A stretch of DNA of 64,000 nucleotides from Chitinophagaceae bacterium (GCA_039811345.1 JBDHYJ010000008.1:12594-76593), one strand, 5' to 3'; shown: positions 9,883 to 18,878, counted from the stretch's first letter. Numbers and translations are program-made. Notes: a model not told the origin generated them from the sequence alone.

Positions 9883-10863
9883 ATGCAAACCAAATATGGT
9901 TTTACGTTAATGACCATTGATGAGTTTGAAACATACCTTTCAAATATAATGGTTGCAAGGACAATCATCACCCTTCAGGAACATCATACTTTCAGTCCCA
10001 ATTATTCTTTGTTTAACGGTAATAATCATTTTGATCTGCAAAGGGGAATGAAAAATCATCATGTAAATAATAATGGATGGGATGATATTGGCCAGCATTT
10101 TACCATTTTTCCCGACGGAACAGTGATGACGGGCAGAAATATTGAAAAATCCCCCGCCTGTATTTACGGACAAAATGCAAATGCCATTTGTATAGAAAAT
10201 CTTGGAAATTTTGATACCGGTGCAGATATCATGCTCGACTCACAAAAGCAAGCTATCATCAGGGCTTCAGCGGCAATATGTTTTAAATTCAATATACCTG
10301 TCAATACCGACAGGATTGTTTATCATCATTGGTTCAGGTTAAGCGACGGGGTACGCAACGATGGAAATGGTGGAAATAAGTCCTGCCCGGGAACAAATTT
10401 TTTTGGCGGCAACAAGGTCTCAGACTGCCAACGTAATTTTCTACCACTTATAAATGAGGTTTTAAACGGACAAACAAACGACAACAGCAATACAATAATT
10501 AAATATGTGTCGGTTACAGCAAACACACTAAATATCCGCAAAAAGCCTGATAGCCGGTCAGCTAAAGCTACAGACCGTGACCCTGTTGTTTTCGGAGCTA
10601 TTTTAAGGGTTTATAAAATTCAAAACGGGTGGTATAAAATATCCGGTTCAAAAAAACACTGGGTATATGGCAAATATACCGTTGATGTTATCAGGGCAAC
10701 CGTCATAGCAAATGTATTAAACGTGAGGAACCAACCTTCTGCATCAGGCTTAAGAATTGGTTCCCTTCAAAAAGGTAAGGAAGTATTCATATATGAGGAG
10801 CGTAACGGCTGGTGTAAAATTGGTACAGAGGAAAAATGGGTGAGCAAAATATATCTTCAATAA
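9883..10863 (+). CDS. N-acetylmuramoyl-L-alanine amidase (Amidase_2/PGRP fold) with two C-terminal SH3b-like repeats
   Basis: T7-lysozyme-like Zn-ligand pattern (EHHT ... YHHW ... KSCPG). Two repeated modules follow, NTLNIRKKP...NGWYKISG...WVYGKY and NVLNVRNQP...NGWCKIG...WVSKIY. There is no signal peptide. Confidence 0.8.
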   Translation: MQTKYGFTLMTIDEFETYLSNIMVARTIITLQEHHTFSPNYSLFNGNNHFDLQRGMKNHHVNNNGWDDIGQHFTIFPDGTVMTGRNIEKSPACIYGQNANAICIENLGNFDTGADIMLDSQKQAIIRASAAICFKFNIPVNTDRIVYHHWFRLSDGVRNDGNGGNKSCPGTNFFGGNKVSDCQRNFLPLINEVLNGQTNDNSNTIIKYVSVTANTLNIRKKPDSRSAKATDRDPVVFGAILRVYKIQNGWYKISGSKKHWVYGKYTVDVIRATVIANVLNVRNQPSASGLRIGSLQKGKEVFIYEERNGWCKIGTEEKWVSKIYLQ

Positions 10864-10878
10864 TCCCGGTGTGTAACC

Positions 10879-11193
10879 CTACTGATGTTGCAGAATAATT
10901 TGTTCCAAATAATTTGCCGGCACCACACCAGACTGCCGCCATTTAATTTCATTATTTTTAAAAAGAATAAGCGTTGGAACTCCCTGGATATTGTAAACTG
11001 AGGCTGCCTGTGGGTTTTTGTCCACATCAATTTTTATTACGGTTGCTTTGTCACCTATCTTTTGTTTCAGTTCTTCCAAAATCGGTTTCATCATTTTACA
11101 GGGACCACACCACTCAGCAAAAAAATCAACCAGCACCGGTTTATCCTGTGCAATGATATCCGAAAAGGTTTTAGGTTTCTCAGTAGTTTCCAT
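10879..11193 (-). CDS. trxA: Thioredoxin
   Basis: 104 aa with a WCGPCK active site. Confidence 0.9.
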   Translation of the reverse strand: METTEKPKTFSDIIAQDKPVLVDFFAEWCGPCKMMKPILEELKQKIGDKATVIKIDVDKNPQAASVYNIQGVPTLILFKNNEIKWRQSGVVPANYLEQIILQHQ

Positions 11194-11210
11194 TTCAATT
11201 CTGTTTTTTA

Positions 11211-11522
11211 TTAAATTTTACTTTGCAGACTCATCCAGCCTCCGCCATTGTACACTTCGGTAAATCCGCCCGACTTCAAAATACTTTTTGCTGATGCACT
11301 TCGCATGCCTGATGCACAACAGGTAATTACAGGCTTATCCTTTTTTATTTTTGAAAGATTACCTGAAAGGCTTTGCAAAGGAATATTAATAGCGCCTTTT
11401 ATATGCCCGCTTTGAAATTCTCCCGCGGTTCGTACATCAATTATCTGCGCTCCTTTATTTATCAGTGCTTTAAAATCTGTTGCCGGACCAAGCCCTATCA
11501 TATTCTTAAGTAGTTGTAGCAT
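11211..11522 (-). CDS. Rhodanese-like single-domain sulfurtransferase
   Basis: 103 aa. Active-site loop CCASGMRS, with [10 protein letters not shown] and [10 protein letters not shown] motifs. Confidence 0.85.
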   Translation of the reverse strand: MLQLLKNMIGLGPATDFKALINKGAQIIDVRTAGEFQSGHIKGAINIPLQSLSGNLSKIKKDKPVITCCASGMRSASAKSILKSGGFTEVYNGGGWMSLQSKI

Positions 11523-11559
11523 TATAATAATCTAATTTGTATTTGAAAGTATTATTGTA

Positions 11560-12021
11560 TCAGTTCAGTTGTGCTGCAATTTGTGCCTGGTTGTTGAAAA
11601 TTTCCCTGTCATTATAAACGATCTGCCAGGTAACAGGCATAATTTTTTTAAGCATGTGGCTTACCCCGCAAATTTTTTCCTGCGAAGTCATTACAGCATC
11701 AAATGCAGCCTGTTCATCTTCTGCTTTCCCTTTCAGTTCGTAAACAATATGTGCCGACACATATTCAATTGGTTGTTGTTTGCTTATTTCACCACTTACC
11801 TTAAGGTTCATATCAATCAGTTCCTTTCCCTGCTTGCGCAGCAATACAATTACATCCATACCGGTACAGCCAGAAAGTGCAGTAAGTACATAGGGTTTGG
11901 GAATAGGACCGTTATCCTCTCCCCCTACACGTTCCGGTGCATCCATAATCACAGTGTGGCCGTTCACCAGTGCATTAAACTGCATCTTACCCATCCATTG
12001 TGCTTCTATCTCGTGTTTCAT
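11560..12021 (-). CDS. OsmC family peroxiredoxin-like protein
   Basis: 153 aa. Two conserved Cys contexts (LSGCTGMDV and EKICGVS) are typical of the OsmC/Ohr fold. Confidence 0.85.
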   Translation of the reverse strand: MKHEIEAQWMGKMQFNALVNGHTVIMDAPERVGGEDNGPIPKPYVLTALSGCTGMDVIVLLRKQGKELIDMNLKVSGEISKQQPIEYVSAHIVYELKGKAEDEQAAFDAVMTSQEKICGVSHMLKKIMPVTWQIVYNDREIFNNQAQIAAQLN

Positions 12022-12098
12022 TGTGGTTCTTTTTTTATCTGATGATTTTGTTGTTTTGAATTATTACTGCAAAAGTCAGATGAAAAAAAATACCGTAC

Positions 12099-12114
12099 TG
12101 TGACTTTGGTCACA
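12099..12114. promoter_or_regulatory. Perfect CRP-type palindrome TGTGAC-TTTG-GTCACA (TGTGA-N6-TCACA)
   Basis: Read directly from the sequence. It sits 19 nt after the stop of the Crp/Fnr-family gene and about 80-90 nt upstream of the osmC start on the minus strand. Confidence 0.7.
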
Positions 12115-12132
12115 ATTATATATTGACAGGAA

Positions 12133-12762
12133 TCACAGTTCCTTAAGCAACCTGATCTGATTGCGGTAAAGTAACAGTTTTTTATCGTTTTCCAATTTTT
12201 TAAGAAGCCGTGAAATCACTTCTCTTGAGGAAGCCATTTCTGTTGCAATTTCTTCGTGAGATATATTAATGAGGGGAGAACCTGTAGCTCTTGCCTTCTC
12301 TTTAAGATAATTTACAAGTCGTTCATCCAATTTTTGAAATGCAAGCTGATCAATTGCATTCAGCAATTCATCGAAACGGTTGCGAATAGTACGCATCACA
12401 AAACTTTTCCAGGTGGGAAACCTGCTTAACCATTCATCCATCACCCCTATGGGAATGGCTAAAAATTCAACATCAGTTTCTGCTACTGCTCTTATCTCAC
12501 TGGGATATTGTTGCATACAACAGGTAAAAGTCATTGCACAACTTTCATTGGTATGTACATAATATAGCAGTAGTTCTTTACCGGAATCATCAATCCTGGT
12601 AATCTTTAAAATCCCTTTGAGTAAAATTGGAATTATCCGAACAGTTTGTCCGGCTTCCAGTATCACATCTCCCTCTTTTACAATGCTGATTTCTGCCATT
12701 GATTCTATCGCCTGAATCAATTCAGGTTCAAATATATTCTTAAATCTCTCTGCTATATTCAT
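12133..12762 (-). CDS. Crp/Fnr family transcriptional regulator
   Basis: 209 aa. N-terminal cNMP-binding-like beta-roll and C-terminal HTH (SHEEIATEMASSREVISRLLKKL). Confidence 0.85.
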   Translation of the reverse strand: MNIAERFKNIFEPELIQAIESMAEISIVKEGDVILEAGQTVRIIPILLKGILKITRIDDSGKELLLYYVHTNESCAMTFTCCMQQYPSEIRAVAETDVEFLAIPIGVMDEWLSRFPTWKSFVMRTIRNRFDELLNAIDQLAFQKLDERLVNYLKEKARATGSPLINISHEEIATEMASSREVISRLLKKLENDKKLLLYRNQIRLLKEL

Positions 12763-12990
12763 GTCACAAATGTAGCAAAACAGAGAGGTATACTATTTTT
12801 AAATAAGATTTGTTTTAAAGTTGAAGAAAATATTTGATCATTCAAAACCGGCAGAATTATATTAAACACTATGGCAATAAAGAATTCAGGTTTTCACAAT
12901 AAAATAACTATCTCAGTTATTAGTGGGTGATATTAATTAGTTACTTCGGGCTTATCCATCTTAAATAAATCAGTAAAACAAAACAATATT

Positions 12991-13251
12991 ATGAAATGTC
13001 CGATTTGCTCAAATGTTGATTTGGTAATGTCAGAAAGACAAGGTATTGAAATTGATTATTGCCCCAATTGCAGAGGGATTTGGCTCGACAGAGGTGAACT
13101 AGATAAAATAATTGACAAAGCGTTGGCAAATGAAAAGGGTGGACCATATTATCAATCGCCTCAACAACCGTATAAGGAAAATAAGTATCACGAATCACAC
13201 GATTACTATAAGCATCGTAAGAAACATTGGCTTAATGATTTGTTTGATTAA
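12991..13251 (+). CDS. TFIIB-type zinc-ribbon protein (zf-TFIIB family)
   Basis: 86 aa. CPIC...(17)...CPNC zinc ribbon followed by GIWLDRGELDKII, then a polar Tyr/His/Lys-rich tail. Confidence 0.7.
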   Translation: MKCPICSNVDLVMSERQGIEIDYCPNCRGIWLDRGELDKIIDKALANEKGGPYYQSPQQPYKENKYHESHDYYKHRKKHWLNDLFD

Positions 13252-14128
13252 GAAAATTTTCAATCATTGGAACAACAAACTTTGTTTCATTTGAGCCGGT
13301 TTGCAGCGTAGTAATTTCCCCAATATATTCACCATGCAGTCCGGGAATAATAGCTAATGAAGAATTGGTTATCAACCTGTGCATTTCAATAGCATGTTCG
13401 GGGGTAATTACATCTTTATCCCCAATAATAATTAAAGCCGGGGCAATAATTGATTTTAATTTTTCATCAGGTATATCTTTAAAATTGATCATTCTGGTTG
13501 CATCCTTGTCATGCATAATTTGCAGGTTACCCGGGTTCGGTGCAACCTGCATGTATGCTTCTTTTAACTGAACAGGCATATTATCAAGGCTGGCATGTTT
13601 CATAAAATCCCAGAACTGCTCCGGAACTCCATTTCGTTTTGAAAGTACAGACCCCAAAATAATTTTGTTAACAATTTGAGGATGCCGGATTGCAATTTGT
13701 AATGTTGTAGTTCCACCGTTACTAAATCCGAAAAAATCTGCTTTACTAATACCCAGGTTTTTAAGAAGAGCTGCTACATCATCAGCATCCTGTTCAAAAG
13801 AAAGTCCTGTTTTCCTGTCTCCTGTTCTTCCATGAGCCTGTAAATCCATTGCAACAACTTTGTATTTAGAAGCAAGTAATGGAATAACTCTTCCAAAAGT
13901 TGTTTGAATGGTGGATCCGCCACCATGTATAAGAACAAGTGGTTTTCCTTTTCCATATATTTCATAATACATTTTAATTCCGTTTACATCGGAATATCCT
14001 TTTTTGAAAATAAGAGTATCATTTCCTCCGGCAGGCTTACTTTTATTTCTTGTTTCTGCGTGGTTGGTATTGATGACTGATATCAAAGCAAGCATTATTA
14101 TTGCTGCAAATACAATTGACTTTTTCAT
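13232..14128 (-). CDS. Alpha/beta hydrolase, secreted
   Basis: 298 aa with a signal peptide. HGGGS oxyanion region and nucleophile elbow GFSNGG. The 3' end overlaps the convergent zf-TFIIB gene by 20 nt. Confidence 0.85.
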   Translation of the reverse strand: MKKSIVFAAIIMLALISVINTNHAETRNKSKPAGGNDTLIFKKGYSDVNGIKMYYEIYGKGKPLVLIHGGGSTIQTTFGRVIPLLASKYKVVAMDLQAHGRTGDRKTGLSFEQDADDVAALLKNLGISKADFFGFSNGGTTTLQIAIRHPQIVNKIILGSVLSKRNGVPEQFWDFMKHASLDNMPVQLKEAYMQVAPNPGNLQIMHDKDATRMINFKDIPDEKLKSIIAPALIIIGDKDVITPEHAIEMHRLITNSSLAIIPGLHGEYIGEITTLQTGSNETKFVVPMIENFLNQTNH

Positions 14129-14139
14129 TTATCTTTTAT

Positions 14140-14616
14140 TTAGAATAGGACGTCCTGCAAGTTGCTTAACATCTGAATCCAGCTTGGATATGCTCCGGTT
14201 TTTTTAGCTAATTCTTGTGAAACAGTTTGCCTCAATAGCAATTTGGTTTTTCCATTTTCTTCCGAAAAGGTTACGGTAACAAGCGTTTCACCCGGCCAAT
14301 CAGGATCCATACCAATTTCGATTGGGTTTATTGGATTTCCTCTCTCATCAGCATTGATCATTGTAAATACAAGTTTGGAATAAGGGACTACTTCTTTATA
14401 TTCTCCAATACACCAGCAGTCGCCGAACTGGGGATTCGAGATGCAGGAATGAAATTTACCTCCGGATTTTACTTCAATTTCTTTGAAGTGAATAGAGCAT
14501 CCGTTTGGCGCATACCATTGTATTAGTTTTTGGGGGTCGGTCCAGGCTTTGAATACACGCTCAGGACTTGCATCAAATATTTCTTCTATAAAAACATGAT
14601 CCAACTGATTTTTCAT
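14140..14616 (-). CDS. SRPBCC (AHSA1/START-like) domain protein
   Basis: 158 aa. The N-terminal SPERVFKAWTDPQKLIQW motif is typical of Aha1-like SRPBCC proteins. It is translationally coupled to the upstream ArsR gene. Confidence 0.75.
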   Translation of the reverse strand: MKNQLDHVFIEEIFDASPERVFKAWTDPQKLIQWYAPNGCSIHFKEIEVKSGGKFHSCISNPQFGDCWCIGEYKEVVPYSKLVFTMINADERGNPINPIEIGMDPDWPGETLVTVTFSEENGKTKLLLRQTVSQELAKKTGAYPSWIQMLSNLQDVLF

Positions 14617-15002
14617 TATTTAGTTTTTTTTATTTTATTCAAATGACTTGCTCTTTTCTTAGGTGTTGTACTTGCATTTTTAGTTTGTAAGGCTTCCTGT
14701 TCGATAAAGTTTTTTAGCGCCTGCATTCTTCCTGTCCATAATTTGTGGTATTGTCCGACCCACTCATGTACTTCGTTTAACTTTTCAAGTTTAGCCTCGC
14801 ACAGGCGTTCTCTGCCAACCTGTTTTATGCTTAGCAGGCCGCATTCGGAAAGAATTTTCAGATGCAGGGAGATAGCCTGCCTGCTGACATCAAACTGTTC
14901 TGCAATATTGTTGACATTAACCGGTTGCCGGGCAATCATTCCAATAATTGCCCTCCTGGTAGGATCTGCAATGGCCTGAAATACATCTCTGCGGGCTTCC
15001 AT
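14616..15002 (-). CDS. ArsR/SmtB family transcriptional regulator
   Basis: The motifs FQAIADPTRRAIIGMIA and wHTH NVNNIAEQFDVSRQAISLHLKIL support the call. I prefer the ATG at 15002 (MEARRD...) over the track start at 15041, because the longer form would run through two operator-like palindromes. Confidence 0.85.
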   Translation of the reverse strand: MEARRDVFQAIADPTRRAIIGMIARQPVNVNNIAEQFDVSRQAISLHLKILSECGLLSIKQVGRERLCEAKLEKLNEVHEWVGQYHKLWTGRMQALKNFIEQEALQTKNASTTPKKRASHLNKIKKTK

Positions 15003-15006
15003 ATTA

Positions 15007-15050
15007 TGCAAGTATTTGCTTGCAAATATACGTGCAAGCATTTACTTGCG
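15007..15050. promoter_or_regulatory. Two tandem 18-bp palindromes TGCAAG-N6-CTTGCA/G, a candidate ArsR operator pair
   Basis: TGCAAGTATTTGCTTGCA at 15007-15024 and TGCAAGCATTTACTTGCG at 15033-15050, immediately upstream of the preferred ArsR start. Confidence 0.55.
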
Positions 15051-15200
15051 CAATTTTTTTTGTTATTAATAATAAAGCAGGGAAATGTCAATAACAACGA
15101 ATTAATGCTTAGTGAGAACCTGAGTATATAATTGGGAAAACTTCAAATTACCAGCAGGGGAAACAGTAAACGATGAACCGATTCGATTCAAAAAAATCAG

Positions 15201-15282
15201 TGCGGGTGGAGGGACTCGAACCCCCATGCCTCGCGGCGCCAGATCCTAAGTCTGGTACGTCTGCCAATTTCGTCACACCCGC
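15201..15282 (-). tRNA. tRNA-Leu (anticodon UAG), class II with long variable arm
   Basis: Hand-folded cloverleaf. Acceptor GCGGGTG/CACCCGC, 3-bp D stem with a GG loop, anticodon stem CCAGA/TCTGG, loop CTTAGGA, variable arm GCC-GCGA-GGC, and T arm GGGGG-TTCGAGT-CCCTC. CCA is not encoded. Confidence 0.95.
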
Positions 15283-15317
15283 TGAACTTCCTGGATTTAT
15301 ATAAACCCAGTTCTTTG

Positions 15318-15432
15318 GGGCGCATTTCAGATTTTCGCAGGCGGGTGGTGACACCCGCCTGTGGAACCCGCTACCGGTCGGTGTCTCACCGACCGGAAAG
15401 GCGCGAGTAGAGCGAAAATTTGAAATACGCCC
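15318..15432. ncRNA. Candidate structured RNA or palindromic element forming a three-way junction; family unknown
   Basis: 15318-15338 pairs with 15412-15432 over 21 positions (one C/A mismatch, one G.T). This stem encloses the hairpins 15339-15360 (9 bp, GTGA loop on +) and 15374-15396 (9 bp). There is no coding potential and no T-run. Confidence 0.4.
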
Positions 15433-15485
15433 GTTCTTTTTGAGGACGGCAAAGGTAATAGATTTTACTTAAATTTGAATTATAT

Positions 15486-17729
15486 ATGGATACAGAAGTA
15501 AAAGTCCCACAATACAACCTGAGTGAGGAAGAAGAAAAGAAAGAAATAGTCAGGCAATACCGGGCATTGTTGAGAAGCTTAAAACCTAAGTTAAAGCACG
15601 ATGGCAGGGAATTAGTAAGGCTTGCATTTGAGATGGCTACAGATGCTCATAAAACCATGAGGCGGAAAAGCGGAGAGCCTTATATATTGCATCCGATAGC
15701 AGTCGCAAGAATTTGCGTTGAAGAAATAGGACTTGGTGTACGCTCCACCATTTGCGCCCTTCTGCACGATACCGTTGAAGATACTGATCTTACACTGGAA
15801 GATATTGAAAGAGCATTTGGCCCTGAAATAACCCGTATTATTGACGGGCTTACCAAAATTGCCAATGTTGTGGACACCAACACCACACAACAGGCTGAGA
15901 ATTTTAAAAAGATTTTACTCACCCTCACTGATGATCCCAGGGTAATTCTTATAAAGCTGGCAGACAGACTGCATAATATGCGCACCCTGGATTGTATGAA
16001 GCGGGAAAAACAACTCAAGATTTCCAGCGAAACAGTATATGTATATGCCCCATTGGCACACAGGATGGGTTTGTATACTATCAAAACAGAAATGGAAGAC
16101 CTGGCGATGAAATACCTGGAGCCTGATATATATCGCGAAGTTGCCAGAAAACTTGCTGAAACCAAAAGAGAAAGAACCAGATATATCAATGAGTTTATTA
16201 AACCAATAAAAGAGGGACTGGAAAAAGCAGGACTAAAAGTAGATGTTGTAGGCCGACCCAAGTCTATTCATTCCATCTGGAACAAGATGAAAAAGAAAGC
16301 TGTTGCATTTGAAGAAGTATATGATCTGTTTGCCATCCGGGTTATACTTGATTCTGCACCTGAAAGGGAGAAAGAAGACTGCTGGAAAGCTTATTCAATG
16401 ATAACAGATATGTATACCCCCTCACCTGAAAGATTACGCGACTGGCTGAGCAATCCAAAATCGAATGGATATGAGGCATTGCATACAACCGTAATGGGGC
16501 CACAGGGTAAGTGGGTAGAAGTGCAAATCAGGACAAAGAGAATGAATGAAATTGCAGAAAAAGGACTGGCTGCACATTGGAAGTACAAAGAAGGCGCTGC
16601 CGAAGAAAGCAGGTTTGATAAATGGTTTACCCAGATACGTGAAGTGCTCAGCCAGGATGTAAATTCAATTGATTTTCTTCAGGATTTTAAAACTTCATTC
16701 CTTGCAGAAGATATATATGTATATACACCCAAAGGTGATGTAAAAATGCTACCCGTTGGAGCAACTGCCCTCGATTTTGCATTTTCAGTACATAGTGCCG
16801 TAGGATCAAAATGTATTGGCGCCAAAGTAAATCATAAGTTGGTACCAATTAGCCATAAACTCAGAAGTGGGGATCAGATTGAAATTATTACCAGCAATAA
16901 ACAAAAGCCCCATGAAGACTGGTTGAATTTTGTAGTAACCACTAAGGCAAAAACTAAAATAAAAGATGCTTTAAAAGAAGAAAAGCGCAAAATTGGAGAA
17001 GAAGGCAGGTATGCACTCCAGAAAAAACTGGAAGGAATGGGAGTATCGGTGAGCCAGGCTAATATTGAAGAGATAATGAATTTTTACAAACAGGCTTCGC
17101 CACTGGATCTCTATTATCAGATTGCCATTAAAAACATTGACCTTAAAAATCTCAAAGAAGAATTTCAGGTTTCCGGCGATAAACTGATTGTTCCGAGGCC
17201 ACAAAAAACAGAACCGGAGGTAAAGGTTCCTGATGTTGAGCAAGGAAGGACAGGTCAGAAAAAAGACAATGAGCTTATTATTTTCGGTGAGAGCAGTGAC
17301 AAGATAGTATATACTTTGGCTAATTGCTGCAAACCTATTCCGGGCGATGATGTTTTTGGCTTTGTGAGTACGGGAAAGGGATTAATCATCCACCGGACCA
17401 ATTGTCCCAATGCTGCAAGACTCATGTCTAATTTTGGGCACAGGGTGGTGAAAACGAAATGGGTGAAAAACAAAGAGATTTCCTTCCTTACCGGTGTCAA
17501 AATATTAGGACTTGATGATGTTGGTGTTATTCACAAGATCACCAATCTTATTTCCGGAGAGATGAAAATCAATATTGCTGCTTTAACAGTTGAAGCTAAA
17601 GAAGGGTTATTTGAAGGTAATGTAAAACTTTTTGTACATGATAAGGAAGAGCTTGATGAATTAGTTACAAGACTAAAAAAATTGCCGGGCATTGAAGGTG
17701 TTGAAAGATATGATATGGAATTGGCTTAG
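15486..17729 (+). CDS. rel: Bifunctional (p)ppGpp synthetase/hydrolase, RelA/SpoT family
   Basis: 747 aa. HD hydrolase motif (HDTVEDT), a synthetase core, a TGS region and a C-terminal ACT-like domain. Confidence 0.95.
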   Translation: MDTEVKVPQYNLSEEEEKKEIVRQYRALLRSLKPKLKHDGRELVRLAFEMATDAHKTMRRKSGEPYILHPIAVARICVEEIGLGVRSTICALLHDTVEDTDLTLEDIERAFGPEITRIIDGLTKIANVVDTNTTQQAENFKKILLTLTDDPRVILIKLADRLHNMRTLDCMKREKQLKISSETVYVYAPLAHRMGLYTIKTEMEDLAMKYLEPDIYREVARKLAETKRERTRYINEFIKPIKEGLEKAGLKVDVVGRPKSIHSIWNKMKKKAVAFEEVYDLFAIRVILDSAPEREKEDCWKAYSMITDMYTPSPERLRDWLSNPKSNGYEALHTTVMGPQGKWVEVQIRTKRMNEIAEKGLAAHWKYKEGAAEESRFDKWFTQIREVLSQDVNSIDFLQDFKTSFLAEDIYVYTPKGDVKMLPVGATALDFAFSVHSAVGSKCIGAKVNHKLVPISHKLRSGDQIEIITSNKQKPHEDWLNFVVTTKAKTKIKDALKEEKRKIGEEGRYALQKKLEGMGVSVSQANIEEIMNFYKQASPLDLYYQIAIKNIDLKNLKEEFQVSGDKLIVPRPQKTEPEVKVPDVEQGRTGQKKDNELIIFGESSDKIVYTLANCCKPIPGDDVFGFVSTGKGLIIHRTNCPNAARLMSNFGHRVVKTKWVKNKEISFLTGVKILGLDDVGVIHKITNLISGEMKINIAALTVEAKEGLFEGNVKLFVHDKEELDELVTRLKKLPGIEGVERYDMELA

Positions 17730-18065
17730 TTATTTGCAACTTTAAGTACTCATGAGTTATTTATTCCAAACAATTTGAGGATTATATATTGAAAGATTTT
17801 TAATGTATGCTAAATTCTCTTTGAAAATTTCATTAGTGTGCTAAAATATTTATCTTTGCTCTTCCAACAACCGTGAAATGAGAAGTTAAATAATTGAAAT
17901 TTAATTCCTATTAAAATCCGTAATTATTCCAGTATTTCTTGCCAGGCATAATTGATTAAGCATCAGGTTATAAGTTTTATTAATAAATTATATAGGGTAT
18001 ATTCAAGTCTTATAATAGAATGGAATATAGCATTATGTAAATTGAAACTGGTATAATTTTTATAA

Positions 18066-18878
18066 ATGATCAAACAGTTTAAACACATTTTTTACGGATT
18101 TAATGGATTTGTTGTTTTTTTAATTTTCAGCACAACTTCATGTGTAAATACGAAAAAAGCGGCATATTTCTATGGTATAGGAGATACCACAATAAGTTCC
18201 ACTTTAAGCAAAATTCCTGAACCTGTTATTTATCGCAATGATATACTAACTATTTCCGTTAGTAGCCCCAATCCTGAAGCTGATTTAATATTTAATGCCC
18301 CTAATACACTGGCTACCCAGGCTGGGGGGATGGGCGGCGGTGGATCCATAGCATCTCAAACTGCCGGTTATTTAGTCAGTCCGGAGGGTTATATTCAATT
18401 CCCTGTTTTAGGTAACATTAAAGTTGCCGGACTCACAAAAACTGAAATTAAAAATTTGATAACCAAAGAATTGGTAAATAAAAAATTGCTTATTGATCCG
18501 GTAGTGAACATAAGGATCATCAATTTCAAAATAACTGTTATGGGTGAAGTAAGGAACCCAACTGTATTTACTGTGCCCAGTGAAAAAATATCTATTCTTG
18601 AAGCTCTGGGTACGGCAGGTGACCTGACTGTTTTCGCAAAACGTGATAATATTCTGCTTATTCGTGAAGTAAATGGAGAAAAGATTGTAAGACGATTGGA
18701 CCTGAATTCAAAAAATTTACTGGAATCACCATATTACTATTTAAAATCAAATGATGTAATTTATGTTGAACCTAATGCTGCAAGACTTAGCAGCGGAGAG
18801 CGTTCTATGCAGATATGGCCATTGGTACTAAGCACAGTATCGGTGCTCGCAGTAGTAACAGCCCTACTTATTAAATGA
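18066..18878 (+). CDS. wza: Polysaccharide export outer-membrane protein (Wza family)
   Basis: 270 aa with a signal or lipoprotein N-terminus. Poly_export-like segment (YRNDILTISVSS) and SLBB-like repeats. Confidence 0.85.
   Translation: MIKQFKHIFYGFNGFVVFLIFSTTSCVNTKKAAYFYGIGDTTISSTLSKIPEPVIYRNDILTISVSSPNPEADLIFNAPNTLATQAGGMGGGGSIASQTAGYLVSPEGYIQFPVLGNIKVAGLTKTEIKNLITKELVNKKLLIDPVVNIRIINFKITVMGEVRNPTVFTVPSEKISILEALGTAGDLTVFAKRDNILLIREVNGEKIVRRLDLNSKNLLESPYYYLKSNDVIYVEPNAARLSSGERSMQIWPLVLSTVSVLAVVTALLIK

Noticed and set aside
9883-10863. Prophage around the endolysin-like amidase
   Set aside because: There are no integrase, holin, capsid, tail or att-like repeats in the flanking 10 kb. The neighbours are ordinary metabolic and stress genes.
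11569-12042. 157-aa plus-strand ORF
   Set aside because: It is a mirror-frame shadow of the osmC gene, which has clear family motifs.
15148-15354. 68-aa minus-strand ORF in the track
   Set aside because: It is superimposed on tRNA-Leu(UAG) and the flanking non-coding sequence, and its translation is low-complexity. The tRNA explains the region.
15318-15432. Tried to read the structured element as SRP (4.5S) RNA, 6S RNA, RNase P, tmRNA or a hammerhead ribozyme
   Set aside because: There is no GGAA-capped helix with the AGCA/GGAAGCAGC-type SRP motif on either strand. It is too short for RNase P or tmRNA. It is a three-way junction rather than the long interrupted 6S helix, and it lacks the CUGANGA...GAAA hammerhead core. 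It remains unassigned.
15680-16261. 193-aa minus-strand ORF (and other antisense ORFs within rel)
   Set aside because: It is antisense to the highly conserved RelA/SpoT hydrolase and synthetase region, and its translation is a Ser-rich low-complexity sequence.
17730-18065. Promoter call for the wza operon (TTTG at 17820-17823 with TATCTTTG at 17851-17858)
   Set aside because: The -7-like box matches TAnnTTTG, but the spacing to the upstream TTTG is about 27 nt rather than about 19-21. That is not enough evidence to annotate a promoter.
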